From the NCBI GenBank assembly GCA_023247235.1, contig JAHFGW010000004.1:314-46896 (forward strand): 46,583 bases of DNA, in the 5' to 3' direction. This document shows positions 1-7,879 of the stretch, piece by piece. The number at the start of each line of letters is the position of its first letter. The first letter of the stretch is position 1. The notes beneath the pieces were generated by a model. The model was not told where the DNA came from and did not search any database. It worked only from the letters and a program-made list of their open reading frames with translations. Source of the stretch: Candidatus Omnitrophota bacterium. GTDB lineage: Bacteria; Omnitrophota; Gorgyraeia; Aquiviventales; Aquiviventaceae. The translations under genes were made by a program, and so were the position numbers.

Positions 1-42
1 CTGAAGACACGAATGACCTACGAACCCATGGCGTATTCGCGC

Positions 43-201
43 TGCGGGTGGCAGGGGGTGCGGTGAGCGGACGTTCGGATTTTGGCGCGGGCATGGAGTC
101 CCCCTAGCCAGCGACCTAGGGACGAGCGCCAAAATCCGCCGAGCGAAGCGCGCCACGCCGGGGCGCGCGAGCGATCCGCGAACGCGGCCCTGCCACCCGC
201 A
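43..201. repeat. Nested multi-stem palindromic element (REP/MITE-like) downstream of ftsA
   Basis: Perfect 14-bp inverted repeat TGCGGGTGGCAGGG (43-56)/CCCTGCCACCCGCA (188-201). It encloses a 13-bp inverted repeat CGGATTTTGGCGC (76-88)/GCGCCAAAATCCG (126-138), CCCTAG/CTAGGG (102-107/116-121) and GCGCGCC/GGCGCGC (148-154/162-168). Confidence 0.7.
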
Positions 202-222
202 ACAGGAGAGACCGCAAGGTAT

Positions 223-1356
223 CTAGAAGTACTCGGCGAGCAGAAACTTGGTGCGCTCGATGACGCGGGCGGCCAGGCCGACAGGCGGCCCCGCCGCGCG
301 CGCGGTCGTCGCGCAGGCGACCTCGAGCAGGCCCATGGCGGTCGTCAGCCCGACTTGATCGGCCAGGTCCCCCATGCCCTGCAGGCGCGGGGTGCGCCCC
401 AGCGTGGTGTTCACGCCGGTTGTGCGCTCGACCCATTCGACGACCCCGTCGATCAGGCAGCCCCGACCCGCGCAGATCGCCCGATCCGGCAGCGGTTGGC
501 CGGCCAGCAGGGTTTCAAGCGCCTCCTGCAGCTGGGTCAGCCCGGCGTTCACATGCTCGCGGACCTCGTCCCGGTGGCTGCCTAAGCCTTCCAAGCTCAG
601 GCGTTCGGCCTGCTCCTGCGTCACGCGCATCGTGCGCGCCAACGCCGTGGCCAGCACCGTGCCGCCCCACGGGATGGTCTGCGAGGCTTCGAGCACTCCT
701 TCGACGAACAGCCCGAGGTCGGTGTTGAGGCCCCCGATGTCGACCAGGAGCAGCCGGCCAGTCTCCGGGTTGGCCTCGCTGCCGGCCGCATCGGCAATGA
801 GGCTATAGGTCAGCCGCGCCACGTCCAAGCCCGCGCATTCCACCGCTTGGATCGCCGCGCGCCGGACGGCGCTGGGCACCGTGACAATGCGGAAGCGCCC
901 GACGAGTCGCGTCGCCGGCAACCCGCGGGGGTCGCGCACATCATCGAACCCGTTGCCGGAGCAGCCCAGGCGCTCCATCACCAGGGCATCGCGATCCACG
1001 CCCAGCGCCTGCGTCAGCGCGACGCGCGCCAGCCGGTCCAGGTCTTGACGGCGTACGCTGATCGGCTCATCCGCCAGGGCGATCGCCGCCTGGACCGTCT
1101 CGCTGTGCAGCGCCGGGTGGCTCAGGGCCACATGCGCGTCGATCAGCTCGCCGCCGAATCCGGTCGCCACCAAGGCCTGCTCAATCGTCCGCCCGACGGC
1201 CAAGGGATCCTGCGGCCAGGTCGGAAGCGTCCCGGCGTAGGGGGTGAGGCTATGGCCGACGACGTGGTAGCCCGGCGCGTCGTCGCTGGGCAAGGCGATC
1301 ACGCATCCGATCTTGGTCGAGCCGAGGTCCAGCGCGATGAGGGGAGGGGTCGCCAT
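223..1356 (-). CDS. ftsA: Cell division protein FtsA (divergent)
   Basis: Actin-fold phosphate motifs ALDLGSTKI and LVDIGGLNTD, then PWGG; C-terminal amphipathic helix (LAARVIERTKFLLAEYF); follows ftsQ in the dcw cluster. Confidence 0.9.
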   Translation of the reverse strand: MATPPLIALDLGSTKIGCVIALPSDDAPGYHVVGHSLTPYAGTLPTWPQDPLAVGRTIEQALVATGFGGELIDAHVALSHPALHSETVQAAIALADEPISVRRQDLDRLARVALTQALGVDRDALVMERLGCSGNGFDDVRDPRGLPATRLVGRFRIVTVPSAVRRAAIQAVECAGLDVARLTYSLIADAAGSEANPETGRLLLVDIGGLNTDLGLFVEGVLEASQTIPWGGTVLATALARTMRVTQEQAERLSLEGLGSHRDEVREHVNAGLTQLQEALETLLAGQPLPDRAICAGRGCLIDGVVEWVERTTGVNTTLGRTPRLQGMGDLADQVGLTTAMGLLEVACATTARAAGPPVGLAARVIERTKFLLAEYF

Positions 1357-1359
1357 GTT

Positions 1360-2145
1360 TCAAGTGCGGGGTGAAATCACCGGTTCCTGAAATCGGACGT
1401 CGATGTACCGGACATCCAGCTGCTGTCGGCGAATGCGCTCCAGCGTCGTGTCCAGCCGGCTGAGCTGATCGACCAGCTCCTGCTCAGAGCCGCAGCGCAC
1501 CTCCGTCGTATCATTCATCATGAAGCTGATCTGGCGCGGATCGGAGACATCCACGACCGTGATGGGTCGCCCGGCGAGCGCGCGGCTGCGGCGAACCAAC
1601 GCCACCACGCGCAGCGCCAACTGGAGCCGTTCGTTCGCATTGGCCTGCCCGGCGCGCAGCGGATCCTGCGGACTATCGGTTCCCGCCAGCCGCACCAGGC
1701 CCTCGGCGGGACGCGGCAGGCCCTGGGGGAGGATGAAGCCTTCGCGATCGACCGAGTGCCATTGCGTCAGGTGCACCTGGCCGACGGGGAGGCGCTCGAT
1801 GGCCTCCACCCGCAACCCGTCGGGAAGATCGCGGATCACGCGCACCTCTTTTAACCACGGCTGTTGGCGATGCAGCTGCTCGGCCAGCGCGCGAATGTCC
1901 ACCTGCCAGGTGTTCGTCCCGATCAAGGTGTCGGGCAGCGTGAGCAATGAGGCGACGGCCTGGACGCGCGCGATGCGAAAGGCCTCCAAGCGGTTGAGGG
2001 ATCGCCGGACGGCCCAGCCGGCCGCGACCAGACAGGCCGGCACAATCAGCAGTTGCGGATGCCGCACCACCCAGCGCGCCCCAAGCCACAGCCCCTTGAT
2101 CAGGCGCGGCAGCAACCCGATGACTCGTCGGCGGCGTCTCCTCAT
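1360..2145 (-). CDS. ftsQ: Cell division protein FtsQ/DivIB
   Basis: Basic N-terminus, single TM, POTRA-like region (PWLKEVRVIRDLPDGLRVEAIER), C-terminal YIDVRF; lies between ddl and ftsA. Start set at ATG 2145 because the longer ORF-track start lies in the repeat. Confidence 0.88.
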   Translation of the reverse strand: MRRRRRRVIGLLPRLIKGLWLGARWVVRHPQLLIVPACLVAAGWAVRRSLNRLEAFRIARVQAVASLLTLPDTLIGTNTWQVDIRALAEQLHRQQPWLKEVRVIRDLPDGLRVEAIERLPVGQVHLTQWHSVDREGFILPQGLPRPAEGLVRLAGTDSPQDPLRAGQANANERLQLALRVVALVRRSRALAGRPITVVDVSDPRQISFMMNDTTEVRCGSEQELVDQLSRLDTTLERIRRQQLDVRYIDVRFQEPVISPRT

Positions 2146-2165
2146 CGCTTCCAGCTCGTGTCCAG

Positions 2166-2234
2166 TGCGGAATTCGGAACGCGGAATGCGGAATGAAAAC
2201 CGATCTTCCGCACTCCGCACTCCGCACTCCGCAT
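2166..2234. repeat. Heptamer tandem-repeat hairpin (4x TGCGGAA-like, 13-nt spacer, 4x TCCGCAC-like)
   Basis: tgcggaa ttcggaa cgcggaa tgcggaa (2166-2193) and tccgcac x3 + tccgcat (2207-2234) form an imperfect inverted repeat in the ddl-ftsQ gap. Confidence 0.9.
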
Positions 2235-2248
2235 GGGTCGTCTCTCCA

Positions 2249-3217
2249 CTAGTGTTTCTCTAAGGGCGACAAGGAGCGGTTGCCGGCGAGCGCCATCAGC
2301 ACGATCCGCTCGCACAGCTCGTCATAGCCGATGCCGATGCACGCGGCGGCCTTGGGGAGCAGGCTCGTCGGCGTGAACCCGGGAATGGTGTTCACTTCTA
2401 AGACGACCGGTGTGCCGGCCTGACTGAGGATCATATCCGCACGCGAGAAGTGCCGGCACCCCAAGGCCTGATGCGCGCGTAAGCCGGCGTCCTGCACGGC
2501 GCTGGCCTGCGCCGGAGGCAGCTCAGCCGGCACACGGTACTCGGTGAGCCCCTGGGTGTACTTCGCCTTGAAATCGAACCAGGAGCCTTTGGGCACGATC
2601 TCGACCACCGGCAACGCGCGTTCGGCGAGCACGCCGGCCGTCACTTCCCGGCCCTGCACGAATTCCTCGATGAGCAGCGTCGTGCTGTACTGCGCCGCGG
2701 CGGCCAGCGCCGGCTCGAGCTCCGAGGGCTGCGTGACTTTCGAGACGCCGATGCTGGAGCCTTGGTTGCTCGGCTTGACGATGAGGGGGTACCGCCAGCC
2801 TGTTAGCGCCGGTGGTCGGCGCAGCGCAGCCGTGACGCTCAGCCAACGCGGCACCGTGATCCCCGCCGCGATGAACCGCTCCCGCGACGCGACCTTGTCC
2901 ATGCCCAATCGGCTTGCGGCTGTCTGTGAGCCGGTATAGGGGACGTGCAGCCGCTCGCAGAGCGCTTGGATCGTCCCGTCTTCGCCGAAGGGTCCATGGA
3001 GCGCCACGAAGGCCACCTCGGGATTCGCGCGATGGAGGGCCTGCTCGGTCCAGCCGGCCGCCTCCTCGACGCCCAGCGTCTGCGGAATCGCCAGCGCCGT
3101 CGCGCGCCACCCCCGGCGCGTCAAGGCGTCCGTAATGCCCTGGCCGCTTTTTAATGACACCGCATGCTCAGGCGATGGGCCGCCCATCAGCACCAGGACG
3201 TTGGCGGCGGAGCTCAT
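2249..3217 (-). CDS. ddl: D-alanine--D-alanine ligase
   Basis: VLMGGPSPEHAVSLKSG, ALHGPFGEDG, GSSIGV, FDFKAKY, EVNTIPG; ATGA overlap with the murB stop. Confidence 0.96.
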   Translation of the reverse strand: MSSAANVLVLMGGPSPEHAVSLKSGQGITDALTRRGWRATALAIPQTLGVEEAAGWTEQALHRANPEVAFVALHGPFGEDGTIQALCERLHVPYTGSQTAASRLGMDKVASRERFIAAGITVPRWLSVTAALRRPPALTGWRYPLIVKPSNQGSSIGVSKVTQPSELEPALAAAAQYSTTLLIEEFVQGREVTAGVLAERALPVVEIVPKGSWFDFKAKYTQGLTEYRVPAELPPAQASAVQDAGLRAHQALGCRHFSRADMILSQAGTPVVLEVNTIPGFTPTSLLPKAAACIGIGYDELCERIVLMALAGNRSLSPLEKH

Positions 3218-4149
3218 GGGCGCGCGCGCTCCGCCAGCCCCGCCCCGGTCTGGGGCGGGGCCAGCGGCCATCGCTCGCCGACCAGCCGCACTTCCGGTTC
3301 CAGGACGACTCCGTGCTGCTTCCACACCAATCGCTGCACATGCTCCATGAGCCCCAGGACGTCATCGCAACTGGCCTGGCCGAGGTTCACGATGAAATTC
3401 GCGTGCCGGGTCGAGATCTGCGCGTCTCCGACGCGCAACCCCTTGAGCCCGGATTGATCAATGAGCCGGCCTGCCGCCAGCCCCGGCGGATTTTTAAACG
3501 CGCAGCCGGCGGAAGGGACTCGAAGATCTTGAGTCGTATTGCGATAGGCGAGCGCGCGATGGATGCGCTCATACGCCTGGGCAGCCGGAATCCGCGGGAA
3601 CTCCAGCTCCACTTCCACGATGATCCCAGGCTCCAAGGAACTGTCGCGGTACCCGAACCGCAACTGCTCGCGGGCCACTTGGCGCACCGTCCCGTCCAGG
3701 GCGACCTGCGTGACCTGGCGCACGAAGCGGCCGATATGTTGCGCGTTCATGGTCACCGCGCCGCCGATCTGCCCGGGCAAGCCGGCCAGCAGCTCCAGCT
3801 CGCCCCAGCCGTGCTTGGCGGCCAGGTAGACGAGCCGCTGGGTCAACACGCCGGCGCCGCAGCGCACCCGTGCCATCAACTCCTCGGGCGAGCTGACGAT
3901 GTCGACGCCGCGAAAGCCGCGGCTTAGATGAATGACGACGCCCCGCACGCCGCGATCCGCCGCGAGCGTATTCGTGCCGCCTCCGACGACCGTCAGAGGC
4001 AATCCGAGCCGCGCGGTCTGGCGGAGCACCTCGCGCAGCTCCTCGATGGTCTTGGGCTGCGCGAACCACTCGGCCGGCCCGCCGATCCGAAAGCTCGTGT
4101 GGTTAGCAAGCGGCTGGTCGCGCCAGACGCAGCCCTCTGGCCATGGCAT
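3214..4149 (-). CDS. murB: UDP-N-acetylenolpyruvoylglucosamine reductase
   Basis: HTSFRIGGPA, GGGTN, GLPGQIGGAVTMNA, PSAGCAFKNP, HANFIVN, LEPEV. Confidence 0.96.
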   Translation of the reverse strand: MPWPEGCVWRDQPLANHTSFRIGGPAEWFAQPKTIEELREVLRQTARLGLPLTVVGGGTNTLAADRGVRGVVIHLSRGFRGVDIVSSPEELMARVRCGAGVLTQRLVYLAAKHGWGELELLAGLPGQIGGAVTMNAQHIGRFVRQVTQVALDGTVRQVAREQLRFGYRDSSLEPGIIVEVELEFPRIPAAQAYERIHRALAYRNTTQDLRVPSAGCAFKNPPGLAAGRLIDQSGLKGLRVGDAQISTRHANFIVNLGQASCDDVLGLMEHVQRLVWKQHGVVLEPEVRLVGERWPLAPPQTGAGLAERARP

Positions 4150-5512
4150 GGCAAACCTCTCCGATGTCGCCGGCCCCGAGGAAAAAGACCGTATCGCCCG
4201 GCTGCGCGACGCGTTTGAGATAGCCGGTCAACTCCTGCCGCGGCACATAGCGCACGCACGGATGCCCGCGGGCCTTGATCAGCTCGGCCAGCCGCGCCCC
4301 CGAGACGCCTGGGATCGGCGCCTCGAATGCCGGATAGATGTCCGTGACGATCAGCCCGTCGGCGCGATCGAAGCAGCCGGCGAACTCCTGCTCTAGCAGC
4401 TGGGTCCGAGAAAAGCGATGCGGCTGGAACACGACGAGCCGGTGGCGGCCGTAGATCGGGTCGGCGTTCAGAGTTGCGCGGATTTCGGCCGGATGATGGG
4501 CGTAGTCCTCGATCAGCCAGATATCGCCCGGCAGGCGCGACAGTTGAAAGCGGCGCTCGGTGCCGCGGAATGCCGCCAGCGTGTCGCGGACCGTCGTCAA
4601 CGGCAGCTCGAGCGCCAGGCCCAGGGCGATCACGGACAGCGCGTTCTGCGCGTTGTGCCGGCCGGGCACCTGGAGGGAGAAGGCGCCGAGGCTGCGGCCC
4701 CGAAAACTCGCGCGGAAGCGCGAGGCGTGCCCCTCGAGCTCCAGATCCGACAGCGTGACGTCGGCGCTGGGATCGAGCCCATACTGGATTTCCCGCCGGT
4801 GGGAGGGCAGGTCGCGGACCCAGGGATCGTCTGCGCAGCGGATCAGCAGCCCGCCATGCGGCACCTGGGACGTGAACTGGGCGAAGGCGTCGAGCAGCGC
4901 ATCAAACTCCCGGTAATAGTTGAGATGCTCGCGGTCGATATTGGTGATGATCGCGACTTCCGGATGCAGGAGCAAAAACGAGCCGTCGGATTCATCGGTT
5001 TCAGCGACGAGGAACCGGCCCCGCCCCCAGCGGGCGTTGCTGCCCCAGGTCCGCACCATACCCCCGATGACCACCGCCGGGTCCCATCCCGCCCGCACGA
5101 GCAGCTCCCCCGCCATCGCCGACGTCGTCGTTTTGCCGTGCGCCCCCGCGACGCCGATGAGCCGCGCGTGCTCCGACAATCGCGCCAGCAAGGCGCCTCG
5201 CGTAATGACTGGCAGGCCGCGCGCGCGTGCCGCGCAAAGCTCCGGCTGATCCGCCGGCACCGCCGAGCTGTAGACGACCAGGTCCAGCTCGCCGCTGACA
5301 TGCTCGGCGCTGTGGCCGACCGAGATCCGCACCCCGCGTTCCCGCAGCCGGCGCGAGACCGTGTTGAGTTTCGAGTCGCAACCGCTCACCGTGAGCCCTT
5401 CCGAGACGCACAGGTGCGCCAGGCCGCTCATGCCGATCCCGCTGATGCCCACGAAGTGGAGGCCCCGGCGGGGGCCTTGCAGATCCTCGGGAGGGGTGCG
5501 CCTGAGGGCCAT
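4103..5512 (-). CDS. murC: UDP-N-acetylmuramate--L-alanine ligase
   Basis: HFVGISGIGMSG, GAHGKTTTS, ETDESDGSF, DYAHHP, FQPHRFSRT, LGAGDI; start ATG 5512 just after the murG stop. Confidence 0.96.
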   Translation of the reverse strand: MALRRTPPEDLQGPRRGLHFVGISGIGMSGLAHLCVSEGLTVSGCDSKLNTVSRRLRERGVRISVGHSAEHVSGELDLVVYSSAVPADQPELCAARARGLPVITRGALLARLSEHARLIGVAGAHGKTTTSAMAGELLVRAGWDPAVVIGGMVRTWGSNARWGRGRFLVAETDESDGSFLLLHPEVAIITNIDREHLNYYREFDALLDAFAQFTSQVPHGGLLIRCADDPWVRDLPSHRREIQYGLDPSADVTLSDLELEGHASRFRASFRGRSLGAFSLQVPGRHNAQNALSVIALGLALELPLTTVRDTLAAFRGTERRFQLSRLPGDIWLIEDYAHHPAEIRATLNADPIYGRHRLVVFQPHRFSRTQLLEQEFAGCFDRADGLIVTDIYPAFEAPIPGVSGARLAELIKARGHPCVRYVPRQELTGYLKRVAQPGDTVFFLGAGDIGEVCHAMARGLRLARPAAC

Positions 5513-5517
5513 GCGCG

Positions 5518-6708
5518 TTACCCGGAGATCAGCGGATGGGCCTGCGCCACAGACAGCATCCCTGAGGAGGCCGGGCGAGCCGTTCGCGGCCGGCGCGAGA
5601 TCCCCAGTGCCGTGATGGTTCCCGCAAGGCGCGCCGTGGCGTCCGGCCGGGCGAGCGCGCGCAACTGCTCGCCCATGCGCTGGCGCAGCCCCGGAGTTTG
5701 GAGAAATTGCCGCACGATCCACAGGAGCCGCTCCGGCGTCGCCTCCGTCTCCTCGAGCCGCAGTCCCCCGCCGACCGATTCGACAAGCCGCGCATTGGCC
5801 CGCTGATGCCCGTGCGCCAGCGGATACGGAATGAGGACGGCGGGGCGGCCGCACTGGGCCAATTCCGCAATCGTCGAAGCCCCTGACCGCGCCACGACCA
5901 CATCCGCCAACGCGTAGGCGGCCTGCATGTCCGGACAGAACTTCGCCACGTGGGCTCGAATCCGATAGCCGGCGTACGCGGCGCGCACGGCCCGGTCATC
6001 TGAGGCGCCCGCCAGGTGCACGAACTGCCAGGTGCGCCGCTCCGACTCGCTCATCAGCGACGTCAGCTCGACAAAGAGCTCGTTAATGGCGTGCGCGCCT
6101 TGGCTGCCGCCCAGGACCAGGACGGTCGGCCGGTCCCCCTCCAGCTCGAAGCGGCGCGCGGCGAGCGCACGGGGGATGCCATCCAGCCCTGGCCGAATCG
6201 GCAGTCCCGTGACCACCGCCCGCGATGGCTGCGGCCCCAGGCTTGGAGATTCGAAGGACATCGCGATGCGATCGACCCACCGGGCCAAGAGGCGATTGGT
6301 TCGGCCGAGCTCCACGTTCTGCTCATGCAGCAGGCACGCGATGCCCCACTGCCTGGCGGCCGCGATCACGGGAATGGACAGCCAGCCGCCGAAGGCGACG
6401 ACGACATCCGGTCGTTGGCGCGCGATGTGGCGGTGGGCGCGCACCCAGAGTGTCGCGCAGGCCCGCACGCGGCGGCTGAGGCCGCGCGTCGGATTCGTCA
6501 AGATGGCTTCGACGCGCACGTGCTGCGCCTGCGCCGCGCGCAATAACCCTTCGGTCAGCGGCGCAATTTGCTGCCGCCGCGCATACCACAGGGTGACGCG
6601 GCTGCCCTGCGCGGCCAGGTGCCTGGCGACTTCCAACGCGGGGATCACATGCCCCCCGCTTCCCTCGCTGATGAGCAACGCGTCGAGGACTCGTTCGGCC
6701 GCCATCAC
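5518..6708 (-). CDS. murG: Undecaprenyl-PP-MurNAc-pentapeptide GlcNAc transferase
   Basis: GSGGHVIPA, HEQN, GLPIR, GGSQGA, RSGASTIAE, HQRANA. Confidence 0.95.
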   Translation of the reverse strand: MMAAERVLDALLISEGSGGHVIPALEVARHLAAQGSRVTLWYARRQQIAPLTEGLLRAAQAQHVRVEAILTNPTRGLSRRVRACATLWVRAHRHIARQRPDVVVAFGGWLSIPVIAAARQWGIACLLHEQNVELGRTNRLLARWVDRIAMSFESPSLGPQPSRAVVTGLPIRPGLDGIPRALAARRFELEGDRPTVLVLGGSQGAHAINELFVELTSLMSESERRTWQFVHLAGASDDRAVRAAYAGYRIRAHVAKFCPDMQAAYALADVVVARSGASTIAELAQCGRPAVLIPYPLAHGHQRANARLVESVGGGLRLEETEATPERLLWIVRQFLQTPGLRQRMGEQLRALARPDATARLAGTITALGISRRPRTARPASSGMLSVAQAHPLISG

Positions 6709-6718
6709 CCACCGCCCC

Positions 6719-7879
6719 TCATCGGCGACCCAGCGAACGCGCGGAGCGTATCTCGAGCAATCTCTTGCGGTCGGCCTGAGCCAGCGCCATCCGCAGATCG
6801 GAGGACCGGCTGGCCTTCAGGATCAGCGCGCAGGCGACCAGGTTCATCACGGTCGCGGTGCCCCCGTAGGAAATGAAGGGGAGCGGCAGGCCCTTGGTCG
6901 GCAACAGGCCGGTGACGACCGCCATGTTGACCAACGCTTCCATGCCAATCAGCGCCACCAGCCCGCAGATGAGGTACTTGCTGAACGCATCTTCGGCCAG
7001 CATCGCCAGGCGGAAGCCGCACAGGACGAGCAACGCGAAGAGGGCCATGATGGCGGTCGTGCCGAGCAACCCCAGCTCCTCGCCGATGATCGCGAAGATG
7101 AAGTCCGTGTGGACCCCCGGCAAGTAGAAGAGCTTTTGGAGCGAGCCGCCCAGGCCGTGGCCGATGAGGCCGCCCCGGGCGAGCGCGAAATAGGACTGCA
7201 GGATTTGATACCCGGCGCCGCCCGGATCTTGCCAGGGATTCAGAAACACCAAGAGCCGCTGCCGTCGATATTCGGCGCCCGCCACGAGCAAGACGAAGAC
7301 CGCGGCAGCGACCGCGGCGACCAGGGCGACATGTTGCCAGCGCGCGCGGGCCACCAGGAGCATCACCAAGACAGTCCCGCCCATCACGACGGCGGTGCCC
7401 AAATCCGGCTGCAGCAGCACCAGCCCGGCTCCCACCCCTGTCACCAGCAAGGGCGGCAGCACGCCCTGCCAGAAATCGCGGATCCAGGCCCGCTTGCGGG
7501 CCATGACATCGGCGAGATACAGCACCAGCGCCAACTGGGCGATCTCGGACGGCTGGAAACTCCAGCGGCCGAGCCGAAACCATCGGCGCGCCCCGCCCGC
7601 CTCATGACCGAGCAGGAAGACGATCACCAACAAGCACAGGCTCCCGAACACGATCCATTTCGCCCAAGCCCGGACCGTCGGATACGGCACCAGCAGGCAC
7701 CCCATGCCCAGGCCCAGGCCCAGCAAGGTCGCCACGACATGCCGGGTGAGGAAATAGAAGTCCTGCCCATACGTCTGCCGCCCGGCCATGGCGCTGGCGG
7801 AATACACCGCCACTAGACCAAGCCCCACGAGGGCTGCGATGACCACCAGAAGCACCTGCCGCAAGTGCTGCGCCCTCAT
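6719..7879 (-). CDS. ftsW: SEDS peptidoglycan polymerase FtsW
   Basis: Multiple TMs; GARRW, FQPSE, QPDLG, HTDFIF, GEELG, LPFISYGG. Confidence 0.96.
   Translation of the reverse strand: MRAQHLRQVLLVVIAALVGLGLVAVYSASAMAGRQTYGQDFYFLTRHVVATLLGLGLGMGCLLVPYPTVRAWAKWIVFGSLCLLVIVFLLGHEAGGARRWFRLGRWSFQPSEIAQLALVLYLADVMARKRAWIRDFWQGVLPPLLVTGVGAGLVLLQPDLGTAVVMGGTVLVMLLVARARWQHVALVAAVAAAVFVLLVAGAEYRRQRLLVFLNPWQDPGGAGYQILQSYFALARGGLIGHGLGGSLQKLFYLPGVHTDFIFAIIGEELGLLGTTAIMALFALLVLCGFRLAMLAEDAFSKYLICGLVALIGMEALVNMAVVTGLLPTKGLPLPFISYGGTATVMNLVACALILKASRSSDLRMALAQADRKRLLEIRSARSLGRR

Noticed and set aside
2146-2220. ORF-track N-terminal extension of FtsQ (MRSAEDRFSFRIPRSEF...)
   Set aside because: It is a translation of the heptad repeat; ATG 2145 gives a normal FtsQ N-terminus.
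2540-2600. Ddl as a D-Ala-D-Lac (vancomycin-resistance type) ligase
   Set aside because: The omega loop ends in KY, keeping the Tyr typical of D-Ala-D-Ala ligases, and the gene sits in the normal dcw position.
4418-7816. Long plus-strand ORFs (462 aa, 594 aa) and similar ones at 10433, 18582, 21462, 29067 and 35593
   Set aside because: All lie antisense to well-supported conserved genes and have no family motifs.
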